A DNA stretch of 24,000 bases, taken from positions 2,421 to 26,420 of the forward strand of contig CAYYLE010000010.1 in NCBI GenBank assembly GCA_964472375.1, read 5' to 3'. Positions 15,346 to 23,114 of this stretch are shown here, in pieces. The notes beneath the pieces were generated by a model. The model searched no databases. It had not been told where the DNA came from and saw nothing but the letters and a program-made list of their open reading frames with translations. This DNA comes from an uncultured Rickettsiales bacterium. GTDB lineage: Bacteria > Pseudomonadota > Alphaproteobacteria > WRAU01 > CAYYLE01. The stretch's first letter is position 1. Each line of letters begins with the position of its first letter. The position numbers and the translations under genes were made by a program.

Positions 15346-16482
15346 TTATAATACTTTTTCTTTCTCTTCTTGCACTAACAAGCTTACCTTGTTACCCAAG
15401 TAACGGGTTACAATACCACATAATTCCATTTCTAGCAAAATTGTAGAAACACTTTGGTAATCTAAACCGCTTTCTCTTACTATTAAATCAACCTCTAAAG
15501 GGTCATAAGAAAGTATGTTTTGTATTTTTTCTCTATCTTTGTTGCTTATTTTTCTATCTTCCTGCATTGCAAAAGCAATTGGCTTAGCTATTTCGTTACC
15601 ATCTTCATTAAGCTCTAGTTTGTTAACAATATCTAAAACATCTTGGTAGCTTTGCACAAGGCTTGCACCTTTTTGTATTAAAATATTATTACCATTGCTT
15701 TGCTTGTTAAAAGGCGAGCAAGGAAGTGCCATAACAGCTCTTTTTTGTTTTTCTGCAAGGTTTGCTGTTATAAAAGCACCTGATTTTGCAGATGATTCTA
15801 CAACCAAAACCCCCCGAGACATACCTGTAATAATACGGTTTCTCATAGGAAAAAACGAAGCTTGTGGCTTAGTATTGCATTTAAACTCTGATATTACTAC
15901 ACCTTTTTCTACTATTTCATCAAAAAGTTTTTGGTTTTCTTTAGGGTAAACAACATTCACACCACAACCAAGCACTGCACTTGTGCCTTTTTCAACCGCT
16001 GCAGTATGTGCAAAAGAGTCAATTCCTTTTGCAAGACCTGAAACAATATTAAACCCATTGCTTGATAAATGATAAGCAAAGTTTTCAGCTATTTGTTTAC
16101 CATTAACCGAACTATTACGAGAGCCTACAATAGATATTGATTTTTTCTTAAGTAAGTTAACATTACCTTTTGCAAAAATAATTGGTGGTTTATCTTCAAT
16201 TTTTGTAAGTAAAGATGGGTAGTTTTCACTAAAATAAGGAATAATATGCACATTGTCTTTATAACATTGCTCTATTTCTTTTAGTGCATCTTCTTTACTG
16301 CATAGTGTAAAAGGTTTAGTGTTTTTATAGCTAGCATCTTCTAGCATTTTTGGTATGTTTTCTACTGCATTTGTGGCTGTTTTAAACTTATTTATAAGCT
16401 TAAAAAAAGTTATGTTGCCTATGCGTGGTGTTCTTATAAGCCTTAATGTGTTTAAAATCTCATTATCAAGACCTTTTATCAA
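15346..16482 (-). CDS. dprA: DNA-processing protein DprA (Smf)
   Basis: 378 aa. 'LIRTPRIGNITFFKLI', 'SIVGSRNSS..G', 'IVSGLAKGIDSFAH', 'AVLGCGVNVVYPKEN' and 'FPMRNRIITGMS' match the DprA Rossmann core. The start overlaps the plsY 3' end by 17 nt. Confidence 0.9.
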   Translation of the reverse strand: MIKGLDNEILNTLRLIRTPRIGNITFFKLINKFKTATNAVENIPKMLEDASYKNTKPFTLCSKEDALKEIEQCYKDNVHIIPYFSENYPSLLTKIEDKPPIIFAKGNVNLLKKKSISIVGSRNSSVNGKQIAENFAYHLSSNGFNIVSGLAKGIDSFAHTAAVEKGTSAVLGCGVNVVYPKENQKLFDEIVEKGVVISEFKCNTKPQASFFPMRNRIITGMSRGVLVVESSAKSGAFITANLAEKQKRAVMALPCSPFNKQSNGNNILIQKGASLVQSYQDVLDIVNKLELNEDGNEIAKPIAFAMQEDRKISNKDREKIQNILSYDPLEVDLIVRESGLDYQSVSTILLEMELCGIVTRYLGNKVSLLVQEEKEKVL

Positions 16483-17053
16483 AGCGACCTTCCTCTTTAT
16501 TTATAAGCCTTATAATGTTGCTTTTATGCATTGTTATTGATACTAAACTTATAGTATTAATAGCTAAAATAGTAATTAAATCTTCTACAATAAAAAAACT
16601 AGCAATTGAAATTGCTACAAAAGATGTTAAAGCAGCTAAAGAAGAATATCTAGTAAACTTAAAAACAACAACCCAAGTTACTAAAAATATTAGTGCAATT
16701 TCATAGCCGAAAATAAACATTGTGCCTATTGATGTTGCAACACCTTTACCACCTTTAAAACCAAGCCAAACAGGAAAAATATGCCCTAAAACAGCAAAAA
16801 CACCAGCAACATATGCAAAATTATGCCCTAAAAAATGCTTTGCTAAAAGTGCTGCTATTAAACCTTTTAATAAATCCAATAAAAGTGTAATAACTGCGAT
16901 TTTTTTAAAACCTGACCTGTAAACATTTGTTGCACCTATGTTTTTAGAGCCTACTTGCCTTAAGTCAACCCCTTTCAAAGTTTTAACAAGTACAAGACCA
17001 TAAGGCACAGAACCTAAAAAATACCCTAACAATACTGCGTATAAATATTCCAT
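16466..17053 (-). CDS. plsY: Glycerol-3-phosphate acyltransferase PlsY (acyl-phosphate dependent)
   Basis: 195 aa membrane protein. 'GYFLGSVPYG', 'GSKNIGATNVYR', 'DLLKG' and 'GHIFPVWLGFKGGKGVAT' are canonical PlsY motifs. Confidence 0.92.
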   Translation of the reverse strand: MEYLYAVLLGYFLGSVPYGLVLVKTLKGVDLRQVGSKNIGATNVYRSGFKKIAVITLLLDLLKGLIAALLAKHFLGHNFAYVAGVFAVLGHIFPVWLGFKGGKGVATSIGTMFIFGYEIALIFLVTWVVVFKFTRYSSLAALTSFVAISIASFFIVEDLITILAINTISLVSITMHKSNIIRLINKEEGRFDKRS

Positions 17054-17188
17054 TTTTCCTATCTTGGGTTAAACTCTATATAATATAAGCTAAAAAAATC
17101 GGTGTGTACATATTTTTTTTAAAACTACTTATAACAATAATGCTATCATGTATACATCTAAAAATAAAATTTTAGGAGAGCTAAAAAC

Positions 17189-17572
17189 ATGAAAACACAA
17201 GACCTTGTTAACCTTGCCTTAAAAACAAAAGAAACCGCCTATGCAAAATATTCTAATTTTAAGGTTGGTTGTGCTTTATTAGACGATAGAGACAAAGTTT
17301 TTACAGGAAGCAACATAGAAAATATATCATATGGTTTAACAATTTGTGCTGAAAGAAATGCAATTACAACTGCAGTTAGCGATGGTGCCAAATACCTTAA
17401 AAAAGTTGTAGTTTCGGCAGATAAAGACTTTACAACCCCTTGTGGTGCTTGCTTGCAAGTGATTTGTGAATTTGCAAATGAAGATACAATGGTAGTGCTT
17501 GTAAACAGTGAAGGCAAATATAAAGAAGTTGCTTTTAAAGACTTTTTACCTCTTGCATTTAACGATTTTTAA
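17189..17572 (+). CDS. cdd: Cytidine deaminase (small homotetrameric type)
   Basis: 127 aa. 'YSNFKVGCALL', the zinc/catalytic motif 'CAERNAI' and 'PCGACLQVI'. An AGGAGA Shine-Dalgarno lies 9 nt upstream of the ATG. It is the only plus-strand gene between 3 kb and 24 kb. Confidence 0.9.
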   Translation: MKTQDLVNLALKTKETAYAKYSNFKVGCALLDDRDKVFTGSNIENISYGLTICAERNAITTAVSDGAKYLKKVVVSADKDFTTPCGACLQVICEFANEDTMVVLVNSEGKYKEVAFKDFLPLAFNDF

Positions 17573-17579
17573 AAAACAC

Positions 17580-17608
17580 AAGACTCGTTTTTATGGGTCT
17601 TTTTTTTA
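17580..17608. terminator. Short hairpin plus T-run between convergent cdd and the DASS transporter gene
   Basis: aagac (17580-17584) / gtctt (17597-17601) with a 12-nt loop, followed by T7 on the + strand. The stem is only 5 bp and the T-run overlaps the stop codon of the minus-strand gene. Confidence 0.4.
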
Positions 17609-19012
17609 ATTAATTGCTACAAAAAATAAAGCCATAAGCGCTAAAACCAAAAAAGAAGCTATGTTTAACACAAAACCATATCTTAATAAATACTTTGGCT
17701 TAATGTAAGAAGATGAAGCAAGTAAATTAGGTATTGTAGAAATAGGCAACATAAAAGCTAAGCTTGATGCCATAACTAAAAGAATTGTTAAATATTGAGG
17801 CTTAATTATTGTATTAATATCAGGTATTAAAGCAACAATAGGAAAAAACACAATTAAAGCACCTGATGCACTGCTAATTTCAGTAAATAATAGCAATAAA
17901 GCCAAAATAGCTATAAGTATTAATACAATACTAAACTGACCTACAAAAACATTAAGATAGCTTGTTATAATATCTTGCAAGCCCGAAACCTTAATAGCCC
18001 CTGCAAAAGAAAAAGAAGCCCCCATTACTAAAATAACCTGCCAAGGGAAGTTTTTAGCATCTTCATTCCACAAAAGTAGTGGTTTGTTTAAAGGTATTGT
18101 AAAAAGCAGTATTTTTGCAATTAAAAGTATATAAAAATAATCTACCTTAAAGTTTACAATGCTTGATATATAAGATGAAAAAAATGCCAATGAAAGTGAA
18201 ATAATTGTTATAAAAACAACAAGTTTTTCCCTTGTTTTAAAATCAAAATTAAGATTTTTATAAATACCTTGATTGTTTATTTCTTTAATATTATATTGCA
18301 AAAGCTTTTTTTTGCTTATCCTTAAGCTAAAAAGCAAAACAATTGTAAGAGCAAAAACAACAGGCATTGCAAATAAAGACCATGTAGTAAAATCAATACT
18401 TAAATCAAAATATTGCTCAAGTAGTGCTAAGCCTAAAAAATTAACAGGTGAGCCAAAAACAGTGCCGATACCTCCAATACTTGAAGCAAAGCAAACAGCT
18501 AAAATGGTTCTATTTTTTATTAAATTAAAATAAGGTTCTTTACCATAAGCAGCATTAACAATAACATAAGACAAAGGCAACATTATAACCCCTGTAATTG
18601 TATTACTTATAAACATGCTTAAAAAACAACTTGCTAAAGTAAAAGAATACACAAAACCATTTACAGAAGAACCAAAACGAGAAAAAAAATAAAAAACAGT
18701 TGCTTTATGAAGATTGTATTTTGCAAATGCAAGCCCTATTGCAGAACTTGAAAGTATGACAATACTTATTTTACTAAAATAGTTTGCTATAACATCGTTT
18801 AACGAAAATAAACCAATAAAAGGAAAAAACAACAAAGGCAACAAAGCAACAATACCCATTGGCATTGCTTGGCTAACCCATAAAATATCTAAAACTAATA
18901 TAAAAATAAAAACCTGAAAAGCAGGCAAAGAAAAAAAAGAAGGGTGCCAAAAGAAAGACACCCCTATAAGAAAAAAAGATAATAAAATTAAAAAACTATT
19001 TGCTCTAATCAT
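17606..19012 (-). CDS. DASS/SLC13-family anion (di/tricarboxylate or sulfate):Na+ symporter
   Basis: 468 aa polytopic membrane protein. Two hairpin-tip motifs are typical of the family: 'FISNTITGVIMLPL' (SNT) and 'MLPISTIPNLLA'. It starts 12 nt after the rlpA stop and is probably co-transcribed. Confidence 0.75.
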   Translation of the reverse strand: MIRANSFLILLSFFLIGVSFFWHPSFFSLPAFQVFIFILVLDILWVSQAMPMGIVALLPLLFFPFIGLFSLNDVIANYFSKISIVILSSSAIGLAFAKYNLHKATVFYFFSRFGSSVNGFVYSFTLASCFLSMFISNTITGVIMLPLSYVIVNAAYGKEPYFNLIKNRTILAVCFASSIGGIGTVFGSPVNFLGLALLEQYFDLSIDFTTWSLFAMPVVFALTIVLLFSLRISKKKLLQYNIKEINNQGIYKNLNFDFKTREKLVVFITIISLSLAFFSSYISSIVNFKVDYFYILLIAKILLFTIPLNKPLLLWNEDAKNFPWQVILVMGASFSFAGAIKVSGLQDIITSYLNVFVGQFSIVLILIAILALLLLFTEISSASGALIVFFPIVALIPDINTIIKPQYLTILLVMASSLAFMLPISTIPNLLASSSYIKPKYLLRYGFVLNIASFLVLALMALFFVAIN

Positions 19013-19024
19013 ACATACCTTTAA

Positions 19025-20083
19025 TTATTGTTCAATAACAACTCTTGCTGAATCATAACCTAAGCCAACAATATGTCTTTTAGCTTTGTTAGCATCTTCA
19101 ACACTTACAAAAGGACCTACTCTTACCCTTACAAGAGATGAATTAGCAAAATCTAATTTTTGAATAGTAATAACACCTACATCATCTAAACTAGAAACGA
19201 TGTTTGGTATTTTACCCGAACTACTAAAAGCACCTACTTGAACAAAAACACCTTTAGGAACAGAAGAAGATACAAAAGCATTAGGCTCTAATATTCCAAC
19301 AGGAACTTGTTGGCTTTCTCTTACTGAAATTAGCTTGTCAACTCTTCCATCAGTAGCCATAGAATCAATGTCTACTAAAGTATTAACAGCAGGTTCGCTG
19401 TTTACTGCTGTGCCATCTACTGGCTCACTTGAAACTTTAATATTAGAAATAGCTTCTTCTAAGACACCTTCACTTGCAACATTTGCAGGAGTTTCTATAG
19501 CTACTTTTGGCTCTTCTTTTGTTTCAATATCGCTTTTTGCATATTCTTTTAATTGGTCTTCCATTAGTTTTTGTGCAACTTCTTTACTAATGTCAGGAAT
19601 TATTCTAACTCTTGCTTTAGTTGTTCCTTGATCTTGGAAGCCAAGCAACTCTGCTGCACGCTTAGAAACATCAATAAGTCTACCGCTTACAAAAGGACCT
19701 CTGTCATTTACTCTTAAAACAAGCTTTTTGCCGTTTTCTAGATTGGTAACTTCTACAAAACTAGGTAAAGGCAATGTAGGGTGAGCAGCTGTTAGCTCTG
19801 CCATATCAAAAACTTCACCATTTGAAGTTAAATTACCATGGAAATCTTTACCATACCAAGATGCAATACCAACTGCATCATATTCATAATCTTCTTTAGG
19901 TTCGTATTTAACACCCAAAACTTCGTATGGGTTCCCAACTTTAAAACTTGGGTTAGGTGAAACATTTACACTAGAATTGTCGGCTTTTACAACTGGTTTT
20001 GCAGGTGCTGCCAACAGTGTTACAGAAGAAGAAATCGCTACAAATAATAAAGGTGTTGCAACTGATTTAAAATTATATTTCAT
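19025..20083 (-). CDS. rlpA: Septal-ring lytic transglycosylase RlpA (DPBB domain plus C-terminal SPOR domain)
   Basis: Signal peptide, then the DPBB core 'GIASWYGKDFHGNLTSNGEVFDMAELTAAHPTLPLPSFVEVTNLENGKKLVLRVNDRGPF'. An acidic, low-complexity linker of roughly 100 aa follows. The SPOR-like C-terminus is 'VFVQVGAFSS...VRVGPF...A'. Confidence 0.88.
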   Translation of the reverse strand: MKYNFKSVATPLLFVAISSSVTLLAAPAKPVVKADNSSVNVSPNPSFKVGNPYEVLGVKYEPKEDYEYDAVGIASWYGKDFHGNLTSNGEVFDMAELTAAHPTLPLPSFVEVTNLENGKKLVLRVNDRGPFVSGRLIDVSKRAAELLGFQDQGTTKARVRIIPDISKEVAQKLMEDQLKEYAKSDIETKEEPKVAIETPANVASEGVLEEAISNIKVSSEPVDGTAVNSEPAVNTLVDIDSMATDGRVDKLISVRESQQVPVGILEPNAFVSSSVPKGVFVQVGAFSSSGKIPNIVSSLDDVGVITIQKLDFANSSLVRVRVGPFVSVEDANKAKRHIVGLGYDSARVVIEQ

Positions 20084-20202
20084 TACGGTCTCGCTATCTC
20101 GGTAATTACTACAAATTAATACATCAAATATATACGCTTGCTAGAGTATGTATTATTTTTGGTAAAAAAACAGTTAACAAAAGTAACTATTATTGTTTAT
20201 TT

Positions 20203-21243
20203 TTATTTATAACCACTGTACGTTTTCTTTTTTAAGAACTCATCGTTCAGTATACCCACTGCAAGTGCATATAATGTAGACCTGTTCCATTTTCTTATAA
20301 CTAAAAAGTTGTCATATACTAAAAAATAAACATCTTCTTTGTTATTTTCTTTTTCAATTTTAATTAAAGATGCTTTTTCAGACGCATTAACAAAACCATC
20401 TTTTCTATAATACTTTGGTTTAACGCCGTTTTCTTCCCAATATGATATTTTTTCTCTTGTCTCTAAGCCGATTTTATCATCAGGAATCTTTTTAGAAAGC
20501 ACTACTTGAGTTCCCCAAGTTTCGCCATACTGCCAACCTAATGTTTTAATAAAATTACCCATGCTGTGGAATGTATCTGGGTAAGAATCCCAAAGGTCTA
20601 TTTTTTTATCGCCATCTGCACTAACACCATAAGCTAAATAGTTACTAGGCATAAATTGCGGGTTGCCTAAAGCGCCAGCCCATGAAGACTTAACAGTCTT
20701 TGCATCAATATGACCATCTTCCATTAACTCAAGCAATGCAACTAGTTCTTTTTCAAAAAATTCTTTTCTTCTACCTTCATAAATAAGGTTTAAGAAAGAA
20801 CCAACAGGGTTTACTCTCCCTGTAATTCGCCCGTAAGATGTTTCCATTCCCCAAAAAGAAATCATTAATTCTTTAGGAACTTTGTATTTATTTTCTACTT
20901 CGTCTAAAACTCTTTCATATTTGATTAAGTTTAGTCTACCTTTTGTTACCCTATATTTATTTATAAGGTTTTTTAGGTATTGGTCTGCTGTTAGCTTAAA
21001 CTCTGATTGATTTCTGTCTAAATTAATAATAGATTCTTTGAATTTAATATCTTTAAAAACATCTGAAACAAAAGAACGGTCTAGTTTTCTGTATTTTAAA
21101 ACAAGCTCTTTTTCGTAGTCAACAAGCCACTTGTCAAAATCTTCTTCACTTCCAAAACCATGAAGGAAAAAACTAAATAAAACAAAAATTAACGAATAAA
21201 CAGATAAACTTAAATACTTTTTCATTATTCCCACTAACAACAT
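20203..21243 (-). CDS. Lytic murein transglycosylase, MltB/SLT_2 family
   Basis: N-terminal signal/anchor, then 'SFWGMETSYG' (catalytic Glu context), 'IYEGRRKEFF' and 'SWAGALGNPQFMPSNY'. The start may be Met1 (21243) or Met7 (21225). Confidence 0.85.
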   Translation of the reverse strand: MLLVGIMKKYLSLSVYSLIFVLFSFFLHGFGSEEDFDKWLVDYEKELVLKYRKLDRSFVSDVFKDIKFKESIINLDRNQSEFKLTADQYLKNLINKYRVTKGRLNLIKYERVLDEVENKYKVPKELMISFWGMETSYGRITGRVNPVGSFLNLIYEGRRKEFFEKELVALLELMEDGHIDAKTVKSSWAGALGNPQFMPSNYLAYGVSADGDKKIDLWDSYPDTFHSMGNFIKTLGWQYGETWGTQVVLSKKIPDDKIGLETREKISYWEENGVKPKYYRKDGFVNASEKASLIKIEKENNKEDVYFLVYDNFLVIRKWNRSTLYALAVGILNDEFLKKKTYSGYK

Positions 21244-21388
21244 AAATTCAATTTAGATACAAAATAAAAGTAAGCCGATTTTACAATATTAGCAAGAGGT
21301 TAGCAACCTACTTAACTGCTTTTTCACAAAGCATTGTAACAATCGGTAAAACTTATTATAAATCACTAACTATTAAATTTCTCTAAAA

Positions 21389-22105
21389 CTAATTTATTTC
21401 TTTTTTTGCTAAAACAGTAGCAACAAGAGAGTTACCTGTTACATTAACCGATGTTCTTAGCATATCAAACAATCTATCAACATCTAAAATAAGTGCAATA
21501 CCATCAACAGGAATATGCTTTGCATTAATATCATGGTTAACCCAACTGAAGGAACGCCAGCTGTACCAATTGATACTAAAACAGCTAAAGAAACAATGGA
21601 TGCATAATCTATAATTGACATATCAACCGTATACATTAACTAAAACACGGTTGCTATACCTTGCATTATTGCAGTACCGTTCATGCTTATAGTTGCACCT
21701 AAAGGAAGAGCAAAACTAGAAATATCGTTAGAAACACCTAAAGGTGCAACTTTCATTATAATATCATTAAGCCCATTAAAAGTCTTTCTAAATGTTTAAA
21801 AAACCTTTAACAGCTCCTGCGTGTTCTTTTTCTATTTTTAAAACAACAATGTCAATAAGCAGCGTAATCACTATTAGTTGCAGCATATTTGAAGAAACCA
21901 TAGGCGAAAGTGTATTACTAGGAACATATCTAAAAAAACACAGCTGTTGCTATTGCAAAAAAAACAATTGCAAGCGATATTGATGAAATCATAAAAACAC
22001 TATTGTTTTAGCACATAAGCTTGCAAACCTTAAAATACTACCTACATTTATATACCAAGTGTTAAATAAGAAAATACAACAGGAACAGTAATAAGACTTA
22101 TTAAT
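21389..22105 (-). pseudogene. Decayed dicarboxylate/amino-acid:cation symporter (DAACS, GltP/DctA family) gene
   Basis: No ORF of 60 aa or more on this strand, but minus-strand translation gives collinear DAACS blocks in different frames. 'LITVPVVFSYLTLGI*', 'GSILRFASLCAKTIVFL*', 'NMLQLIVITLLIDIVVLKIEKEHAGAVKGFLNI*'. Then 'NGLNDIIMKVAPLGVSNDISSFALPLGATISMNGTAIMQGIATVF*LMYTVDMSIIDYASIVSLAVLVSIGTAGVPSVGLTMIL', and after a frameshift 'IPVDGIALILDVDRLFDMLRTSVNVTGNSLVATVLAKKEIN*' (stop at 21389-21391). There is an in-frame TAG at 21640-21642. About 85 aa appear deleted at the APLGV|SNDISSF junction (about 21731-21739). The N-terminus and start codon are missing. Confidence 0.8.
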
Positions 22106-22123
22106 TGGTTGTTTTTTTAAGTA

Positions 22124-22163
22124 CAAAAAAACAGGCAAAATATTTTTATAAAAACTTTGCCTG
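22124..22163 (-). terminator. Rho-independent terminator of the outer-membrane protein gene
   Basis: The minus strand reads CAGGCAAAgtttttataaaaatatTTTGCCTG followed by TTTTTTT. The 8-bp stem is 22132-22139 / 22156-22163 and the T-run is 22124-22131. It begins 33 nt after the stop codon. Confidence 0.6.
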
Positions 22164-22195
22164 CTTAAATAAAGTAATCTTTAAAGTAAAATATA

Positions 22196-23053
22196 CTACA
22201 ATAAATCACTTAAATTAGGTGTTACAGTGGTCCATAATATTTTAATAGTGTTGTCTCTTTGTAATGGTTTATCTTGGTTCATTACATAATGCTCGTAAGC
22301 AATACCCAACCTCATAGGTATTCCAAACGCAAAAAATGTTGTTTTAACACCAATACCAACAGGAAGGTCAAGTTTTTGCCCGCCTCTTGCATCATAGTTT
22401 ATATCTACAATAGGAGACATATAAACTTGAAATCTTGGGTTAAAATCATAAGAAAGCATATATTGTAGCTGTGCCTGGTTATCCGTTGCACTATCTACTA
22501 AATCAAAAGTTTGGGTATAAATAAAACCTGCTACAAGACCTTTTTTTATATAAAGTGAAATAAGACCAAAACCAGCTTGCCAATTTTCTGATGTATACAC
22601 TAAATCATTATGGAAAGGTGCTGCAACCATTGGCCCTGCTCCATAAATAAAACCTTCTGATTTATTGGGTCCAAGCATAGTAAGCCAACGAAAATCTGTT
22701 AGCTCTGTGTTGTATCTTCCATCTTCATAAGGTCCTACCCTGCCTATTGCTTTTTCATCTACTGTTAAAAAACCTAAAGTTGGTCTGTTAACCAAAACAA
22801 ATTGGTCATCTTTACCAATTTTGGTTGGTAAAACAGGTTGAAACATGAAAAAATCACCTTTTACAGTCTCACCTGTTTGCTTATTTTCAAAGCCCATATA
22901 GTGGTTTTCTGTTGCAAAATACCAAAGATCTGATAATGGATTAGAAAGCTTTTTTGAAACAACACCAATGTCTTGGTGTTGGCCCTTAGCTTCATTAGCA
23001 TGCACTACAACAGGTAGCAACAAAGCTATGAAAGCTAGTAAAAAATTAATCAT
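22196..23053 (-). CDS. Secreted protein, putative outer-membrane beta-barrel (possibly MetA-pathway/phenol-degradation-like transporter family)
   Basis: The signal peptide 'MINFLLAFIALLLPVVVHA|NEA' is clear. The protein is rich in Gly and aromatics, with an alternating beta-strand-like pattern (e.g. 'GFGLISLYIKKGLVAGFIYTQTF', 'GIPMRLGIAYEHYV'). The N-proximal 'LSNPLSDL' recalls that family. The C-terminus ('NLSDLL') lacks the usual terminal aromatic residue, so the barrel assignment is tentative. Confidence 0.45.
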   Translation of the reverse strand: MINFLLAFIALLLPVVVHANEAKGQHQDIGVVSKKLSNPLSDLWYFATENHYMGFENKQTGETVKGDFFMFQPVLPTKIGKDDQFVLVNRPTLGFLTVDEKAIGRVGPYEDGRYNTELTDFRWLTMLGPNKSEGFIYGAGPMVAAPFHNDLVYTSENWQAGFGLISLYIKKGLVAGFIYTQTFDLVDSATDNQAQLQYMLSYDFNPRFQVYMSPIVDINYDARGGQKLDLPVGIGVKTTFFAFGIPMRLGIAYEHYVMNQDKPLQRDNTIKILWTTVTPNLSDLL

Positions 23054-23114
23054 TGTTAAACGCTCCTTTTTACTTATTATATAATTAATATAAGCTAATC
23101 AATTAAAGGTATAG

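Noticed and set aside
20164-20188. 5-bp hairpin (agtta/taact) plus T7 on the minus strand just after the lytic transglycosylase stop, as a terminator
   Set aside because: The stem is only 5 bp with a single G:C pair. This is too weak to call with confidence, so it is mentioned only in the rlpA/MltB finding.
21792-21983. 63-aa plus-strand ORF in the region lacking long minus-strand ORFs
   Set aside because: It is antisense to clearly recognisable DAACS symporter remnants ('NMLQLIVITLL...', 'MISSISLAIVFF...'). Its sequence has no features of its own, so it is best explained as a shadow ORF of the pseudogene.
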